Shown in pieces: positions 8,128 through 18,555 of a stretch of DNA of 32,000 nucleotides. The notes below the pieces were generated by a model that was given only the letters and a program-made list of their open reading frames with translations, did no database searches and was not told the origin of the DNA. The position numbers were made by a program, and so were the translations under genes. Where the stretch lies: the sequence record CM123846.1; one strand, 5' to 3'. Numbering within the stretch: the first letter of the stretch is position 1; every line of letters starts with the position of its first letter.

Positions 8128-10356
8128 TTAGCTATAAATTAAATTATTCATTAGTACACGACCAGCAGTTGTTCTATAAAAATAACTTGGTGTTAATGAA
8201 CTTTTGGATTCATGCACTATATATGTTTCTTGAAAATAAGTATATTTATTTCCATTTTTCATTAATCGAATCTCTAAGGGTTTATTTAATTCTTTTGATT
8301 GTTTTTCGCCAATTAATGTTTGAACTGGAAAATTTAATTTTATCCAAATTGGAGTATGTGTATGGATTTTATTACTTTGATAATCGGCAAGAATTTCTGA
8401 AATGGTAGAATACCAAATATTGAATTTTAAAGATTGTTCTTTTTGAAATTTGTTGTATTTTAATAATGTTAAATAATAACAACCAAGAACCATATCTTGG
8501 GTAGGTAAAAGTAATGGTTGCCCAGAAGCTGGTGATAATAAATGATTACATGATAAAAGCAAATTAAAAGTTTCAGCACGAGCACTTGTTGATAATGGAA
8601 TATGAACCGCCATTTGATCTCCATCAAAATCAGCATTAAAAGCTGGACAAACAAGTGGGTGTAATAGAATTGCTTTACCTTCAACAAGTTTTGGAATAAA
8701 AGCTTGAATACCTAAACGATGTAAAGTAGGAGCTCGATTTAATAAAATGGGATGACTTTGCATAATTTCACGTAATAAAACCCAAATAATTGGTTTTCGT
8801 TCCATAATGATAGCTTTTGCACCAATTGTTGTAAAAGCCATTCCTTTATTACGTAATCGCTGAATTAGAAATGGTTGAAATAATTCAATAGCCATCTGTT
8901 TAGGTAATCCACATTCATGGATTTTTAATTCTGGACCAACAACAATTACAGACCTACCTGAATAATCAACTCGTTTTCCTAATAAATGTTGACGAAATCG
9001 ACCACGTTTACCTTTTAATGCATCTAATAAAGATTTTGTTACTTTACCTGAATCAACTTTTCCTGTTTTTAATAATGCATCGACTGATTCTTGTACTTGG
9101 CGTAAGTTATAACACCAAGAAGCCCAACTACCACTTAAAGCAGTATCAAAAATACTAAATTGAGTTCTGTTTATTAATCGACGGTTTCTTGTTAAAACTT
9201 TACGATAAAGACTATTTAAGTCAGAAATAACTAGTTCTCCTCGAATTGAAGTAATTGGGCGTAAACCCGGTGGAAGAACTGGTAGATAACTTAAAATCAT
9301 CCATGCTAATTGTGTATTTGATTTATAAAAATCACGAAAATAAGTAATGCGACGTAATAATTTTTTTTCTAATTCTTTAAATCGTGTTATTTCAAGTTGA
9401 ACTTTAGTTTTTTCCAACTTGGGTAACCAAGTCATTTCGATACGTTCTTTTAAAAAATTAATTGATTGTTTTACTTCATTAATATCTAATGCTAATTGTT
9501 GTTGTAAACCAATTAAATCATAATATGATAATATTTTTTGGAATACAACTCCACCGGTTTGGATGGGATAATAATTACTATGTTTTGGAACACTTTTTAA
9601 TGCAAAATTTTGAGTTTTATTATTAAAAGAATAATATGGATTAACAATGTCGTCGACTTGTGGTTGATCCCACATATACACTAAAAAATCTTGTAAATCT
9701 TCTACTTGTCGCCAAGTAGCATCATAACATAATCCATAAATACGAATTTCAAAATATTTATTATATTGCTGTAAATTAAAAAATTGTTGATTCTTACTTT
9801 TATGTGTAAATAAGCGTGGTTTATCCTTAACTTGAATTTTTGATTTATCCAAATGACTTTTTTTAAAGTCCACTTTAATATTCATCTCCGATGAAAAATA
9901 CTTCAATGTATTTGGTAGATGAATAAATTCTGTTCCATATAATACACCTTGGAGTTTTTTATTAGGCCAACTTAAACATAAACCAAGGGGTGATGGTTTT
10001 TGAATAGAATATAACGTATGAGCCATTGGTTGATTTAAAGCAATATAACCCATTCTATATCTTCTAGTTAATGATTTTGTTCTTTCTACCCCACAGCGTG
10101 GACAAACACCCCCATTTACTTTTGTTGTTTTTTTGCCACAAGCACAAGTATAATCAGAAATTGGGCCAAAAATTTTTTGGCAAAATAAACCATTTGGTTC
10201 GGGTTTTAATGTTTTATAATTAACTGTTTCCCAACTTGTTACTTGACCAACTATTTCACCGGTTGGTAAAAAACGCTCCGCCCAAGATTTGATTTCTTTA
10301 GGCGAAGCTAAACCTATTTCTAAATGTTGAAATTTACGACCATTTGTTTGATACAT
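8128..10356 (-). CDS. rpoC1: plastid-encoded RNA polymerase beta' (gamma) subunit
   Basis: 742-aa ORF with an ATG start. Zn-binding motif CACGK...CPRCGVE, RFRQHLLGKRVDYSGRSVIVVGP, and the catalytic motif NADFDGDQMAVH. There is no intron. The region between residues ~112 and ~352 is about 90 aa longer than the cyanobacterial gamma subunit as I recall it. Confidence 0.96.
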   Translation of the reverse strand: MYQTNGRKFQHLEIGLASPKEIKSWAERFLPTGEIVGQVTSWETVNYKTLKPEPNGLFCQKIFGPISDYTCACGKKTTKVNGGVCPRCGVERTKSLTRRYRMGYIALNQPMAHTLYSIQKPSPLGLCLSWPNKKLQGVLYGTEFIHLPNTLKYFSSEMNIKVDFKKSHLDKSKIQVKDKPRLFTHKSKNQQFFNLQQYNKYFEIRIYGLCYDATWRQVEDLQDFLVYMWDQPQVDDIVNPYYSFNNKTQNFALKSVPKHSNYYPIQTGGVVFQKILSYYDLIGLQQQLALDINEVKQSINFLKERIEMTWLPKLEKTKVQLEITRFKELEKKLLRRITYFRDFYKSNTQLAWMILSYLPVLPPGLRPITSIRGELVISDLNSLYRKVLTRNRRLINRTQFSIFDTALSGSWASWCYNLRQVQESVDALLKTGKVDSGKVTKSLLDALKGKRGRFRQHLLGKRVDYSGRSVIVVGPELKIHECGLPKQMAIELFQPFLIQRLRNKGMAFTTIGAKAIIMERKPIIWVLLREIMQSHPILLNRAPTLHRLGIQAFIPKLVEGKAILLHPLVCPAFNADFDGDQMAVHIPLSTSARAETFNLLLSCNHLLSPASGQPLLLPTQDMVLGCYYLTLLKYNKFQKEQSLKFNIWYSTISEILADYQSNKIHTHTPIWIKLNFPVQTLIGEKQSKELNKPLEIRLMKNGNKYTYFQETYIVHESKSSLTPSYFYRTTAGRVLMNNLIYS

Positions 10357-10392
10357 TGTTTTTCGATTTTTTTGTTTTCTAAAAATTAGAAA

Positions 10393-13300
10393 CTACTTAT
10401 TATTTGTTCCTAAACTTTCAATTTGATTAAAATCTATTGTTTGTAGTAATCCTGTATTTTTCTGGATTCCAAATAATTTTAAGTCAAAACAAAGCGCTTG
10501 TAGTTCACGAATTAAAACTCTGAAGCTTTCAGGTGTTCCAAATTCAATTGGTTGATTTGTATGAATTTGAAAAGCTGCTTCTACACGACCTCGAACATCA
10601 TCTGATTTAATTGTTAAAAATTCTTGTAAAATTGTAGCTGCTCCATATGCTTGTAATGCCCAAACTTCCATTTCCCCTAATCTTTGACCACCATTACGCG
10701 ATCTACCACGAACTGGTTGTTGAGTAATAGCAGAATACGGTCCAGTTGAACGTGCATGTAGTTTATCATCAACTAAATGGACAAGTTTTAACATGTAAGT
10801 ACATCCAACCGTAATAGGTTGGTCAAAAGTTGTTCCTGTTCGCCCATCAAATAATTTAATTTTACCTGGATGATGTGGTTCAAATAACCAGTTCTGGCCG
10901 CTCTTTAATGATGCTTCAAATAATTTTGAATAAACAAAACTACGTGACGATTCAGAACCATATTTTTCATCAAATAAATTAATTAGATAAGATTCATTTA
11001 AGTATGTTCCAGCTAAACCTAATAAACATTCTAAAATCTGACCTACATTCATTCGAGAGGGTACACCTAAAGGATTTAATACAATATCAACTGGTCGGCC
11101 ATCTGGTAAATATGGCATATCATATGCTGGAATTATATTTGAAACAATCCCTTTATTCCCATGTCGTCCAGCCATTTTATCGCCAACCTGAATACGACGT
11201 TTATGTAATAATGCTACACGAACACGTAAAATTGCATCTTTAGGTGCAATTGCAATAACTTCTGCTTCTTTCGGTGGTAAAATATTTATATCAAAAACAA
11301 ATCCTTCTACACCTTTTGGAACACGTAAACTTGTATCACGCACATTTTTTTGTTCTGAACTTAATTGATTATCACGTTCCATTAGTACGTTATATAATTT
11401 TTCATATTGTTGTTGAACAGACTGAATTTTTTGACTAGTCGGTGTAATTTTACCAATTAAATAATCACCTTCTTTTACCCACGTTCCAATTGGAATAAAA
11501 CCATTTGGTTTAAGTCTTTGAATACGTAATATTTCTTCTTCTGATTCTGTAAACTCAATTGGAATTTGATTTGTAATTTGTTCTAATCCATATTGTGTAT
11601 TTTTTACTTCAATTTCATAATAATCTAAATGTAATGATGTAAATATATCTTCATTTACTAAACGATCACTAATTAAAATAGCATCCTCAAAATTATAACC
11701 TTCCCATGGTAAATAAGCGACTAAAATATTTTTTCCTAATGCAATTTTACCTTCTGCACTTGCTGCGCCATCAGCTAAAATATCTGCTTTTTGAATCCAA
11801 TTTCCACTTTTGACAATTGGGCGTTGGTACTTGACGGTACTTTGATTTGTTCGTTTATATTGTTCTAACAAAATCCGTTTCGTTAAATTTGCTTTAATCG
11901 AATTTGAATTCACATTTGATACTGAAGTAGAAAGCGACTTTCGTAATTCTGTAATAGCTGAGAATTTGAATTTTAGATTTTTTTGTAAAGATTTCTTATT
12001 TAAGTTATTAGCATGAAACGGAGGTAAATATTTATGAATATTGGTTGATTTAAAAATTGATGGAGTTGAATTTAATGGTAATGAATTTGGAATAAAAATA
12101 TCAATTGATTTGCCACTAACATTTGTAATATATCCTGATAAATTACTATTTAACGAATGCTGAATATCAGAAATTACACGACTTTCTAACCCAGTTTGAA
12201 CATAAGCAGTTTCTGGTCGAATTAGTGGAACTGCTTGGCGTTGCATATTAGATCCCATTAATGCACGGTTTGCATCATCATGTTCTAAAAATGGAATCAA
12301 ACTTGTTGCAATTGATATCATCTGTAATGTATCAACCGATTGGTTAGTAATATCCTTATAATCTGAATAATCAAATTTTCGATTTTTTCGAGTCGGAAGT
12401 TGGAGTCTTGGTAACATACCCGTACCCGAACATGTAATATCTGCTGGTGCAATTGAATAATTTACTTCATTAAATGGAATATTATAAATAGGGTTTAAAA
12501 ACTGTTGAACTTGTCCTTTATATACTTGAAAAAATGGTGTTTCAATTGACCCCAATTTATTTGGGCGAGCAAAAACTGTTAACGAATTAACTAAACCTGC
12601 ATTTTGGCCTTCTGGCGTTTCAATTGGACATAAACGCCCATAATACGTCGGGTGAATACCACGAATTTGAATCGTTGTTTGTTTACTACTTACTCCCCCT
12701 GGTCCTAATACAGTAATACGACGTTTATGAGTAATTTCTGCTAAAGGATTTGTTTCATCTAGGAATTGTGCTAAAGTTCCACTTGTAAAAAAGCTTTTCC
12801 AAGATTTACTTACACACTTTGATAAATTTGATTTTTGTAATTTCCATACAATTTCAGAATCATTTTGTATGGATAAATTTAATTTGCGACTCATAACAAT
12901 TTCAAATTCACGTATTCCACGAACTAGTTGATCTTGTAATAATTCACCACAACCACGAATACGTTTATTCGATAAACTATCAATATCATCACCTTCAATT
13001 TCACCAGAAATTAATTTCAATAAAGCATTTGTTGCATAAACTAAATCATCACCACATAATAATGTTGAATTAGAAGAAATAGTACTATTAAATTTATATT
13101 TAAATTGTTGACGGCCAATATAACCTAAGTCACGGTTTTTTGGATTCCACAAAATTGAAGTAAAAAATTCTTGTGCAGTTTCTGAAGTTACAACTTGATC
13201 GCGACCTAACGTTGTATATTCTTGAATATGCGCATATATATAACGAATTGCTTCAATGCGAGTTTGTGGGTGAGAATTTAATTTTGCTCGTTCTAAAATT

Positions 13301-14007
13301 CGACCATGACGTGTTTTTTCTTGCGTTTTTTGATCACGAATAAAACTAAATTGAAGCATTTGTGAATGTTCAATTCTTGCACATAATTCGGAAATTGAAA
13401 TACCAAGCGCTTGTAAAAAAATTATTAATGAAATTTTACGACGTAATAGTCGAGTTGTAATCCATAATCGATTTTTTTTATCAATAGTTATATTTAACCA
13501 ACTACCTTGTTCTGGAACTATACGAATAGTTGGAACACGGGTACGTGAATCATTTGGAAGGATATATATTCCTGGATTTCGTACCATTTGATATAATACA
13601 ATTCGTGGAATTCCATTAATAATAAAATGTCCACTTGGAGTCATTAATGGTAAGAAACCTAATAATAACCACTCAACTTTAGATTTTTTCCATTGAGTAC
13701 TTGAAATAACAGCTGGAATATAAACTGAACAGCCATAAGTTTTACCTGAAAAAAGCGAATTTTGTTCTTTATCATCTGGCGTACGGAATTGTAATTTTTC
13801 GGGCAAAAATTTAATTTTTAGTGAATGAATGCCATAAGAACAATTTACAGGCGTATTTTCATTTAACCCAATTTGGATTCCTTGAATTAAAAATTTTTGG
13901 AAACTCCCGTATTGTAATGAAACTAAATCTGGTATAATCGGCTTTGGTAATTTTTTTTTTTTAATAATTTTATTATTAGACATAGTAGATTCAAATGTAT
14001 GGACCAT
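10393..14007 (-). CDS. rpoB: plastid-encoded RNA polymerase beta subunit
   Basis: 1204-aa ORF. Conserved motifs GYNFEDAILIS, GDKMAGRHGNKGIVS, LVHLVDDKLHARSTGPYS and GGQRLGEMEVWAL. An alternative ATG at 13981-13983 (MSNNK...) is equally plausible as the true start. Confidence 0.95.
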   Translation of the reverse strand: MVHTFESTMSNNKIIKKKKLPKPIIPDLVSLQYGSFQKFLIQGIQIGLNENTPVNCSYGIHSLKIKFLPEKLQFRTPDDKEQNSLFSGKTYGCSVYIPAVISSTQWKKSKVEWLLLGFLPLMTPSGHFIINGIPRIVLYQMVRNPGIYILPNDSRTRVPTIRIVPEQGSWLNITIDKKNRLWITTRLLRRKISLIIFLQALGISISELCARIEHSQMLQFSFIRDQKTQEKTRHGRILERAKLNSHPQTRIEAIRYIYAHIQEYTTLGRDQVVTSETAQEFFTSILWNPKNRDLGYIGRQQFKYKFNSTISSNSTLLCGDDLVYATNALLKLISGEIEGDDIDSLSNKRIRGCGELLQDQLVRGIREFEIVMSRKLNLSIQNDSEIVWKLQKSNLSKCVSKSWKSFFTSGTLAQFLDETNPLAEITHKRRITVLGPGGVSSKQTTIQIRGIHPTYYGRLCPIETPEGQNAGLVNSLTVFARPNKLGSIETPFFQVYKGQVQQFLNPIYNIPFNEVNYSIAPADITCSGTGMLPRLQLPTRKNRKFDYSDYKDITNQSVDTLQMISIATSLIPFLEHDDANRALMGSNMQRQAVPLIRPETAYVQTGLESRVISDIQHSLNSNLSGYITNVSGKSIDIFIPNSLPLNSTPSIFKSTNIHKYLPPFHANNLNKKSLQKNLKFKFSAITELRKSLSTSVSNVNSNSIKANLTKRILLEQYKRTNQSTVKYQRPIVKSGNWIQKADILADGAASAEGKIALGKNILVAYLPWEGYNFEDAILISDRLVNEDIFTSLHLDYYEIEVKNTQYGLEQITNQIPIEFTESEEEILRIQRLKPNGFIPIGTWVKEGDYLIGKITPTSQKIQSVQQQYEKLYNVLMERDNQLSSEQKNVRDTSLRVPKGVEGFVFDINILPPKEAEVIAIAPKDAILRVRVALLHKRRIQVGDKMAGRHGNKGIVSNIIPAYDMPYLPDGRPVDIVLNPLGVPSRMNVGQILECLLGLAGTYLNESYLINLFDEKYGSESSRSFVYSKLFEASLKSGQNWLFEPHHPGKIKLFDGRTGTTFDQPITVGCTYMLKLVHLVDDKLHARSTGPYSAITQQPVRGRSRNGGQRLGEMEVWALQAYGAATILQEFLTIKSDDVRGRVEAAFQIHTNQPIEFGTPESFRVLIRELQALCFDLKLFGIQKNTGLLQTIDFNQIESLGTNNK

Positions 14008-14090
14008 CCTGAAAAATTTGTTATACTAATGATTAAATATCGTTAATCTATACAATTTTAGTAAAATAGGTTCGATATATATATTTCAGA

Positions 14091-14162
14091 GGCGGTATAG
14101 CCAAGTGGTAAGGCCGTGGATTGCAAATCCTCTATTCCCCAGTTCGAATCTGGGTGCCGCCT
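14091..14162 (+). tRNA. trnC(GCA): tRNA-Cys (anticodon GCA)
   Basis: GGCGGTATAGCCAAGTGGTAAGGCCGTGGATTGCAAATCC...GGGTGCCGCCT. Acceptor GGCGGTA/TGCCGCC, anticodon loop TTGCAAA, T loop TTCGAAT. Confidence 0.88.
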
Positions 14163-14341
14163 ATTAAATAAATGAATTTAAAGTATTTTATTAACAAAAA
14201 AAATGAGATTCACAATTCTCATGTTATATTCAACCCATAATGTTGCTACTTTTCAGTCCTCACATGATTCTGAATCAAATGACATAGAATATGAACCTCA
14301 TTTATCATCCTATCATGATGATACGTTATTGTCGATATCTT

Positions 14342-14377
14342 TTTATGTATCTCTTTATTGAAAGAGAGATACATAAA
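14342..14377 (-). terminator. 13-bp inverted repeat downstream of petD (3' stem-loop)
   Basis: TTTATGTATCTCT (14342-14354) pairs with AGAGATACATAAA (14365-14377). A second short palindrome TAAGTTCA-GG-TGAACTTA (14383-14400) abuts the petD stop. Confidence 0.5.
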
Positions 14378-14403
14378 CTATATAAGTTCAGGTGAACTTA
14401 TTA

Positions 14404-14886
14404 TTAAAATAAGCCTAATGTTAAAGAAATATCAATAGGTAATGCTGCTCCAATTCCTAACCAAATTGCAGCAACTGTTCCAACTAAGAATACAGTCATT
14501 GCAACTGGACGACGGAATGGGTTTTGAAATTTATTAATACTTTCAATGAAAGGCACTGTAATTAAACCTGCAGGAACTGCTGCCATTAAAAGTACTCCTA
14601 ATAATTTATTAGGTACTGTACGTAATAATTGGAATACTGGAAAGAAATACCATTCTGGTAAAATTTCTAGTGGAGTTGCAAATGGATTTGCAGGTTCACC
14701 AATTGCAGCTGGTTCTAACACTGCTAAACCAATAACACAAGCAAAAGTCCCAAAAATTACAACAGGGAAAATATATAATAAGTCATTTGGCCAAGCGGGT
14801 TCACCATAGTAATTGTGACCCATACCTTTAGCCAATTTTGCGCGTAATACTGGATCTGAAAGATCAGGTTTTTTTGTAACTGCCAT
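14404..14886 (-). CDS. petD: cytochrome b6/f complex subunit IV
   Basis: 160-aa [46 protein letters not shown]...; uninterrupted, no intron. Confidence 0.97.
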   Translation of the reverse strand: MAVTKKPDLSDPVLRAKLAKGMGHNYYGEPAWPNDLLYIFPVVIFGTFACVIGLAVLEPAAIGEPANPFATPLEILPEWYFFPVFQLLRTVPNKLLGVLLMAAVPAGLITVPFIESINKFQNPFRRPVAMTVFLVGTVAAIWLGIGAALPIDISLTLGLF

Positions 14887-14933
14887 AATTTAATCTTTTT
14901 TTTTAATTAATTAAAATTGAAATTAAATTCAAT

Positions 14934-15599
<666 letters not shown>

Positions 15600-15680
15600 T
15601 TAAACTGTAAATACTAACGATTTACTTTTAAACCACAATTAGGCTGAATATATTTATTCATCGCTAGAATTAAATATATA

Positions 15681-16289
15681 CTATTTATTTTCTGACCATT
15701 TTGTATCGACAGCAACTTGATCTACTAAACCATAGACTTTTGCTTCTTCGGCTGATAAAAATTGATCACGATCCATATCTCGTGAAATACGGCTTAGAGG
15801 TTGACCAGTTCGTTGAGCATAAATTTGACCGACTTGTCTTCGAATACGCATTACTTCTTCTGATTCTGCTAAAACTTCTGAAGCTTGACCCTGACTACCA
15901 CCTTCGGGTTGATGGATCATAATACGTGAATAAGGTAATGCAATACGTTTACCAGTATCGCCACCAGCTAAAATAAATGAAGCCATCGACGCTGCTGTTC
16001 CGACACAAATAGTTGTAACTGGTGATTGAACATAGTTCATTGCATCGTAGACTGCAATTCCACATGTCACAGATCCACCGGGCGAGTTTATATATAAATA
16101 TAAACCTTTATTCTTATCTTCAGAGTTTAAATATAGCATGATACCAATAAGTTGGTTTGCTAACTCATCATCTAATTCTTGACATAAAAATAAAACACGT
16201 TCACGATAAAGCCTATTATATAAATCAACCCACTGAGCTGATGGCTCTCCAGGTAAACGAAAAGGGACTTTCGGGACTCCAATTGGCAT
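15681..16289 (-). CDS. clpP: ATP-dependent Clp protease proteolytic subunit
   Basis: 202-aa ORF. Catalytic-site contexts [14 protein letters not shown] (Ser) and MIHQP (His). No introns or insertions. Confidence 0.96.
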   Translation of the reverse strand: MPIGVPKVPFRLPGEPSAQWVDLYNRLYRERVLFLCQELDDELANQLIGIMLYLNSEDKNKGLYLYINSPGGSVTCGIAVYDAMNYVQSPVTTICVGTAASMASFILAGGDTGKRIALPYSRIMIHQPEGGSQGQASEVLAESEEVMRIRRQVGQIYAQRTGQPLSRISRDMDRDQFLSAEEAKVYGLVDQVAVDTKWSENK

Positions 16290-16405
16290 AAATTTAGTTC
16301 TCTATTCATTATCTATATATATATATAGTATATACTATATTAATATAGATAGCAAAAGTAATATTCACTAAATATTAAAAATATTAAATTTTAATATTTA
16401 ATATA

Positions 16406-16414
16406 TGCTATACT
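16406..16414 (+). promoter_or_regulatory. candidate extended -10 promoter element (TGC-TATACT) upstream of psbB
   Basis: TGCTATACT lies 59 nt upstream of the psbB ATG. No convincing -35 sits at 17-18 nt. The related motif TGCTATATAAT lies upstream of psbH. The AT-rich context makes chance matches likely. Confidence 0.25.
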
Positions 16415-16472
16415 AATCTTAATAGTAGATTAAAAGAAAGAAAGTAAAAAATTATTAACATTAACAATTGTT

Positions 16473-17999
16473 ATGGGTCTTCCTTGGTATCGTGTTCACA
16501 CAGTTGTATTAAATGATCCAGGTCGTTTAATTTCTGTTCACTTAATGCATACAGGACTAGTTTCTGGTTGGGCTGGTTCAATGGCATTTTATGAATTAGC
16601 TGTTTTTGATCCTTCTGATCCTGTATTAAATCCAATGTGGCGTCAAGGTATGTTTGTATTACCATTTATGACACGTTTAGGTATTACAGAATCATGGGGT
16701 GGTTGGACAATTAGTGGTGAAACAGCTTCAAATCCTGGTTTATGGAGTTATGAAGGTGTTGCTGCAACACACATCATTTTAGCTGGTTTACTTTTTGCTG
16801 CGTCAATTTGGCATTGGGTTTATTGGGATTTAGAATTATTCCGTGATCCACGTACAGGCAATCCGGCATTAGATTTACCAAAAATTTTCGGTATTCACTT
16901 ATTTTTAAGTGGCCTATTATGTTTTGGTTTTGGAGCATTTCATGTAACAGGTTTATTTGGACCAGGTATTTGGGTATCTGATCCGTATGGTATTACGGGT
17001 AGTGTTCAAGGAGTAGCACCATCTTGGGATTCTACTGGATTTGATCCTTATAACCCAGGTGGTATTGCAGCACATCATATTGCTGCTGGGATTTTAGGTG
17101 TTATTGCAGGTTTATTCCACTTATGTGTTCGCCCACCACAACGTTTATATAACGGTTTACGAATGGGTAATATTGAAACTGTACTTTCAAGTAGTATTGC
17201 TGCTGTATTCTGGGCTGCATTCGTTGTAGCAGGTACAATGTGGTATGGGTCAGCTGCAACACCAATTGAATTATTTGGTCCAACTCGTTATCAGTGGGAT
17301 TTAGGTTTCTTCCAAGAAGAAATTGAAACACGTGTACAAACAAGTTTAGCTGAAGGTAAATCAGCATCACAAGCATGGGCTGAAATTCCAGAAAAATTAG
17401 CTTTTTATGACTATATTGGTAATAACCCAGCCAAAGGTGGTTTATTCCGTACTGGTGCTATGAATAGTGGTGATGGTATCGCTGTAGGTTGGCTTGGACA
17501 TGCAGTTTTTAAAGATAAAAGTGGTAATGAACTATTTGTTCGTCGTATGCCATCATTCTTTGAGACATTCCCAGTTATTTTATTAGATAAAGATGGTATT
17601 GTTCGTGCTGATGTGCCATTCCGTCGTGCAGAATCAAAATATAGTGTTGAGCAGGTTGGATTATCAGTAACATTCTATGGTGGTGAATTAGATGGAGTAA
17701 CATTTACTGATCCAGCAACAGTGAAAAAATATGCTCGTCGTGCTCAACTTGGTGAAATTTTTGAGTTTGATCGTGCAACATTACAATCTGATGGTGTATT
17801 CCGTTCAAGCCCTCGTGGTTGGTTCACTTATGCTCATTTATGTTTTGCGCTATTATTTTTCTTTGGTCATATTTGGCATGGTGCACGTACAATTTTCCGT
17901 GATGTATTTGCCGGTATTGATGCTGATTTAGAAGAACAAGTAGAATTCGGTGCCTTCATTAAATTAGGTGACACAACTACTCGTCGTCAATCAATCTAA
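16473..17999 (+). CDS. psbB: photosystem II CP47 chlorophyll apoprotein
   Basis: 508-aa [65 protein letters not shown]... Confidence 0.98.
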   Translation: MGLPWYRVHTVVLNDPGRLISVHLMHTGLVSGWAGSMAFYELAVFDPSDPVLNPMWRQGMFVLPFMTRLGITESWGGWTISGETASNPGLWSYEGVAATHIILAGLLFAASIWHWVYWDLELFRDPRTGNPALDLPKIFGIHLFLSGLLCFGFGAFHVTGLFGPGIWVSDPYGITGSVQGVAPSWDSTGFDPYNPGGIAAHHIAAGILGVIAGLFHLCVRPPQRLYNGLRMGNIETVLSSSIAAVFWAAFVVAGTMWYGSAATPIELFGPTRYQWDLGFFQEEIETRVQTSLAEGKSASQAWAEIPEKLAFYDYIGNNPAKGGLFRTGAMNSGDGIAVGWLGHAVFKDKSGNELFVRRMPSFFETFPVILLDKDGIVRADVPFRRAESKYSVEQVGLSVTFYGGELDGVTFTDPATVKKYARRAQLGEIFEFDRATLQSDGVFRSSPRGWFTYAHLCFALLFFFGHIWHGARTIFRDVFAGIDADLEEQVEFGAFIKLGDTTTRRQSI

Positions 18000-18072
18000 A
18001 TTGGTTTAATATAAAACTTAGTGAACTCTAAGTTGTATTATGCTAAATAAAGACTTGAAATAAGGAATTATT

Positions 18073-18171
18073 ATGGAAGCATTAGTTTATACATTTTTAT
18101 TAATTGGTACATTAGGTATTATCTTTTTCTCTATTTTCTTTAGAGAACCACCACGTATTAATACGAAATAA
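18073..18171 (+). CDS. psbT: photosystem II protein T
   Basis: 32-codon ORF read by hand: [32 protein letters not shown]. It sits in the canonical position just after psbB. Confidence 0.93.
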   Translation: MEALVYTFLLIGTLGIIFFSIFFREPPRINTK

Positions 18172-18195
18172 TGCGTACTAGGTATTTTATATTTT

Positions 18196-18227
18196 TGAAA
18201 TCGGGATTAATTGAACTCCCGATTTCA
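18196..18227. terminator. 11-bp inverted repeat between convergent psbT and psbN (bidirectional 3' stem-loop)
   Basis: TGAAATCGGGA (18196-18206) and TCCCGATTTCA (18217-18227) are perfect reverse complements, with a 10-nt loop. Confidence 0.55.
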
Positions 18228-18232
18228 GTATA

Positions 18233-18367
18233 TTAATCTTCATGTTCCTCAAATGGATCGCGTAATTTATTTGAAGGTGGCCCAAATCCAACATAGATTG
18301 AATATCCAGTTGCACTTAGTAAAAGACACCATAAAAAAATTGCAAAGAAAAAAGCTGGACTGTCCAT
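18233..18367 (-). CDS. psbN: PsbN (photosystem II assembly factor)
   Basis: 44-codon ORF read by hand: [44 protein letters not shown]. It sits on the opposite strand between psbT and psbH, as in essentially all plastomes. Confidence 0.93.
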   Translation of the reverse strand: MDSPAFFFAIFLWCLLLSATGYSIYVGFGPPSNKLRDPFEEHED

Positions 18368-18473
18368 AAATTATTTATTTAATAATATTTATAATTGCTA
18401 CTAGTTATAGTATAACATACTAAAAGTTAAATTTTTTAAATAAAACTAAAAAAGTTTTATATTCTTACAAATG

Positions 18474-18484
18474 TGCTATATAAT
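18474..18484 (+). promoter_or_regulatory. candidate extended -10 promoter element (TGC-TATATAAT) upstream of psbH
   Basis: TGCTATATAAT lies 72 nt upstream of the psbH ATG and shares the TGCTATA core with the psbB upstream element. Confidence 0.25.
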
Positions 18485-18555
18485 ATATATATATTGATAG
18501 TATCAACCACAAAATTCGAATTATAGAAAGTAAAAAAAATTAATTAAAAGTTAAT

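Noticed and set aside
8169-8687. ORFs 8169-8408 (+) and 8469-8687 (-) inside rpoC1
   Set aside because: One is antisense and the other is an out-of-frame overlap of the well-supported rpoC1 CDS. Neither has motifs.
11004-11243. 79-aa plus-strand ORF inside rpoB
   Set aside because: It is antisense to a highly conserved part of rpoB and is spurious.
14546-14809. 87-aa plus-strand ORF antisense to petD
   Set aside because: It mirrors the codon-biased petD frame. Antisense frames of Gly/Ala/Pro-rich membrane proteins often stay open, and there is no independent support.
15701-15922. 73-aa plus-strand ORF antisense to clpP
   Set aside because: It lies completely within clpP on the opposite strand and has no motifs.
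16471-17931. ORFs 16471-16665 (-), 17101-17376 (-) and 17731-17931 (+) overlapping psbB
   Set aside because: They are antisense or out of frame within psbB, one of the most conserved genes known. They are spurious.
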